The translations under genes and the position numbers were made by a program. 32,009 nucleotides of DNA from Nemertoderma westbladi (taxonomy: Eukaryota; Animalia; Xenacoelomorpha). The stretch spans positions 1 to 32,009 of the forward strand of contig JAUCBJ010007603.1 of the NCBI GenBank assembly GCA_032718475.1. The letters are read 5' to 3'. Positions 29,791 through 32,009 of this stretch are shown here, piece after piece. Under the pieces are notes generated by a model, which was not told where the DNA came from, searched no databases, and saw only the letters and a list, made by a program, of their open reading frames with translations. Position 1 is the stretch's first letter; each line of letters opens with the position of its first letter.

Positions 29791-30849
29791 ATAAAAAGTT
29801 GTTAATATTTGTAATCCTTTTCCAATTACAAAATTTATAGGCGTTTCAGCAGCGCAATGTTATTGATTAATGGCATACCTTACTCAATGCAGCTGTAATG
29901 CAGCACGGCGACCCGATAAATGTTTCCAAAAATAATAATAACAATAATAATAATAAATTTATTACGATTTCGTTCAGAAGTAAAAAAAAATGATAGCACG
30001 TATGTACGTTAACCAGTTCAACAACTCCTCCTGATTATTTAGTAATATATTTTGTATTTTATATAGTAATATAAAATAGTATATTAGTGTAATTAGTTAT
30101 TTATCGAATATTTAGTATATATATCGTATTATGCTTGCTTATTTAGTCCATTTATATTGAGTCCGACTTTAGTTTTGTATCCTATGTATCCCAACAGCGG
30201 CCCTTGGAATGGAGTTTTTGGGGCATTTCGAAAACGGACCCAAAAAGAGGCTCCACAAAAAAACCGTTTTTTTGGATATGGCAGCGCCATATTCTTTTTT
30301 TCATGTGCTTTCAAACATCACGAGCTGGCTTATCATATAGTTTACTGGCCGTTTTATTCGTTTGTTATGGCGTAACATCTTTAATTACAGTTGCATTAAC
30401 AGCTCATCAACTCCAATTCGTTATGGCATAAGCGCAAAGTTTTCGATATCCTCTGTAAAAGCAAGAAGGTTGGCGGAAATAGATGCAGCGTGTCAGCTGG
30501 ATGGTAGAAAAGGGGCATGGAGACCTTCCAAATATTATTCCACAAATGAGTATAAAATATTACTACAACTACCATCTGCATGCTGCATTGCAGCTGCATT
30601 ATATAACACGTCTCAATTATCACTTATTATTCAGTTGGTTTGTGTAGAGCTGGGAAGCAGGACGGTTTTAACCGTCGTTGTCGTCACCGTCGTCATTACC
30701 GTGCTGATTATTATATTCCGATTGTGCTATTATTATCTTCTGACATTACGAACAACTGCCACTAAAACTTTATTGGTTTTTATTCAACTGGCCTTTGGCC
30801 TTACAGACTCAGATATAAAGCTTTTCAGCAGCCCACGAACGCGGCGACG

Positions 30850-31670
30850 CTTATAATCCAAAGCAACACACCAGTCGGGATCCAGACTGCCAACTCAAGG
30901 ATCCAGTCACAGTTAGTAGCGAAGTGTGAGGAAAACAAGTCAGAATTTTGGAACATCCTAAAGTCCAAACTGCAGAGCAAACCCAGGTGTCAACAGGTTT
31001 CAGAGGAGGCGTGGTCTGAGCACTTTACAAGTTTACTTGTGCAAATCTACAGCCACAATCCCCAACTGGCCCAATGGAACCAAACAACATGTTAGATCAG
31101 CCGATTTCAACCCCAGAAATAACCAAAACAATATCGCAACAAAAACAAAAGAAATCGTCAGGACCAGTCGGTATATCTAACGAAGCACCCGAGGAGGGTT
31201 TTGGACACCTGCTTCCTTATATATTTGCGCTATTCACATTGTGTTTTACGTATGCCAAATGTCCGATTATATGGTTAATGGCATATTTACTCCCCTTATA
31301 CAAAGGTGAGGCCCCAAAATCGCCGCCATACTGTTGTTATCGCGGTATCATCGCCTTGCTGTCTTATCTGTCCAAATTCTATACAGTGTTACTAGCTCAC
31401 GTTTATACGAATGGACCGAGACTTTTCATATCTTCCCAGGATGAGCAATAATTCGATATTTCAGAAAGGGGCGATCAATAATTATGGCTGTAAAGCGTCT
31501 TTACGACAAGTCTTAGTCAACCCGGTGGGCATGTCTACTGCGTTTTTGTGGATTCTGCAAAAGCGTTTGACACCATGTACTGGAATACTTTACTTGCCAA
31601 GCTATCAGGTTTAGGAGTGAGTAAAAAATTCATATTGGTATTATTTTCTATTCTGGCAATAAGTTTTGAT
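30850..31670 (+). pseudogene. Decayed non-LTR RT fragment (RTEX/L2-like, a different family)
   Basis: EFWNILK..WSEHF..LDQPISTPEI..KSSGPVGISNE..PLYKG..YRGI..FVDSAKAFDT..LLAKL, with frameshifts. Confidence 0.75.
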
Positions 31671-31687
31671 CGCATATGTGTCCCATC

Positions 31688-32009
31688 CTATCCCATCCTA
31701 GTAGACATGTACCGAACAACAAGAGTCCCACAAGAAATGAAAACAAATAAGTTGGTGCCAGTTCCCAAGAAGGGCAACCTAACACTCTATGGTTCTTTTC
31801 GGGGAATCTCATTCATCTCGATTGCTGCAAAGCTATACAATAGGATTCTATTAAATCGCATCAGGGATCCCATTGAGAGACTGCTCCGTGGAAATCAGAA
31901 TGGGTTCCGTAAAGGTCGTGGGACCATGGAGCCCATTTTGGCACTTAGAAGGATAATTGAAGAGTTATCAAAAAAGAAAGACAGGCATCTGGCTGTTATT
32001 TTTGTTGAC
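31688..32009 (+). mobile_element. 5'-truncated RTE copy, continues past the right edge
   Basis: Nearly identical to the reverse complement of ~19550-19870; interrupts the older LINE; 10-bp duplication TCCCATCCTA at the 5' junction. Confidence 0.93.

Noticed and set aside
30362-30856. 164-aa ORF with a hydrophobic stretch
   Set aside because: It crosses an RTE tail tag and low-complexity trinucleotide sequence; no domain or splice support

Overview
Repeat-dense, AT-rich eukaryotic DNA from an invertebrate; a marine invertebrate such as an echinoderm is plausible but is inference only. In order: (1) a Ty3/Gypsy Mag-like retrotransposon on the minus strand, with an open gag-pol frame running off the left edge, a tRNA-Ser-like PBS and a very short ~89-bp LTR, nested in a decayed plus-strand Gypsy element; (2) a complete, very young 12.6-kb BEL/Pao LTR element (5629-18268, near-identical 1.16-kb LTRs, TCGTT target-site duplication) whose single 1665-aa ORF keeps Gag and a D-to-N protease but lacks RT and integrase; (3) four pieces of one RTE-clade LINE family plus CRE-like and RTEX-like LINE remnants; (4) a secreted fibrinogen-domain host gene on the minus strand with two coding exons and a 38-bp minisatellite intron; (5) several MITEs, a 30-bp GC-rich minisatellite, and an inverted/permuted insertion carrying a hammerhead-ribozyme core. 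The most notable signal: the BEL/Pao element has no tRNA PBS. Instead, the 12 nt directly abutting its 5' LTR are exactly complementary to a 12-mer inside the LTR, which is the architecture of Tf1-type self-priming. All calls were made by eye; no searches were run.
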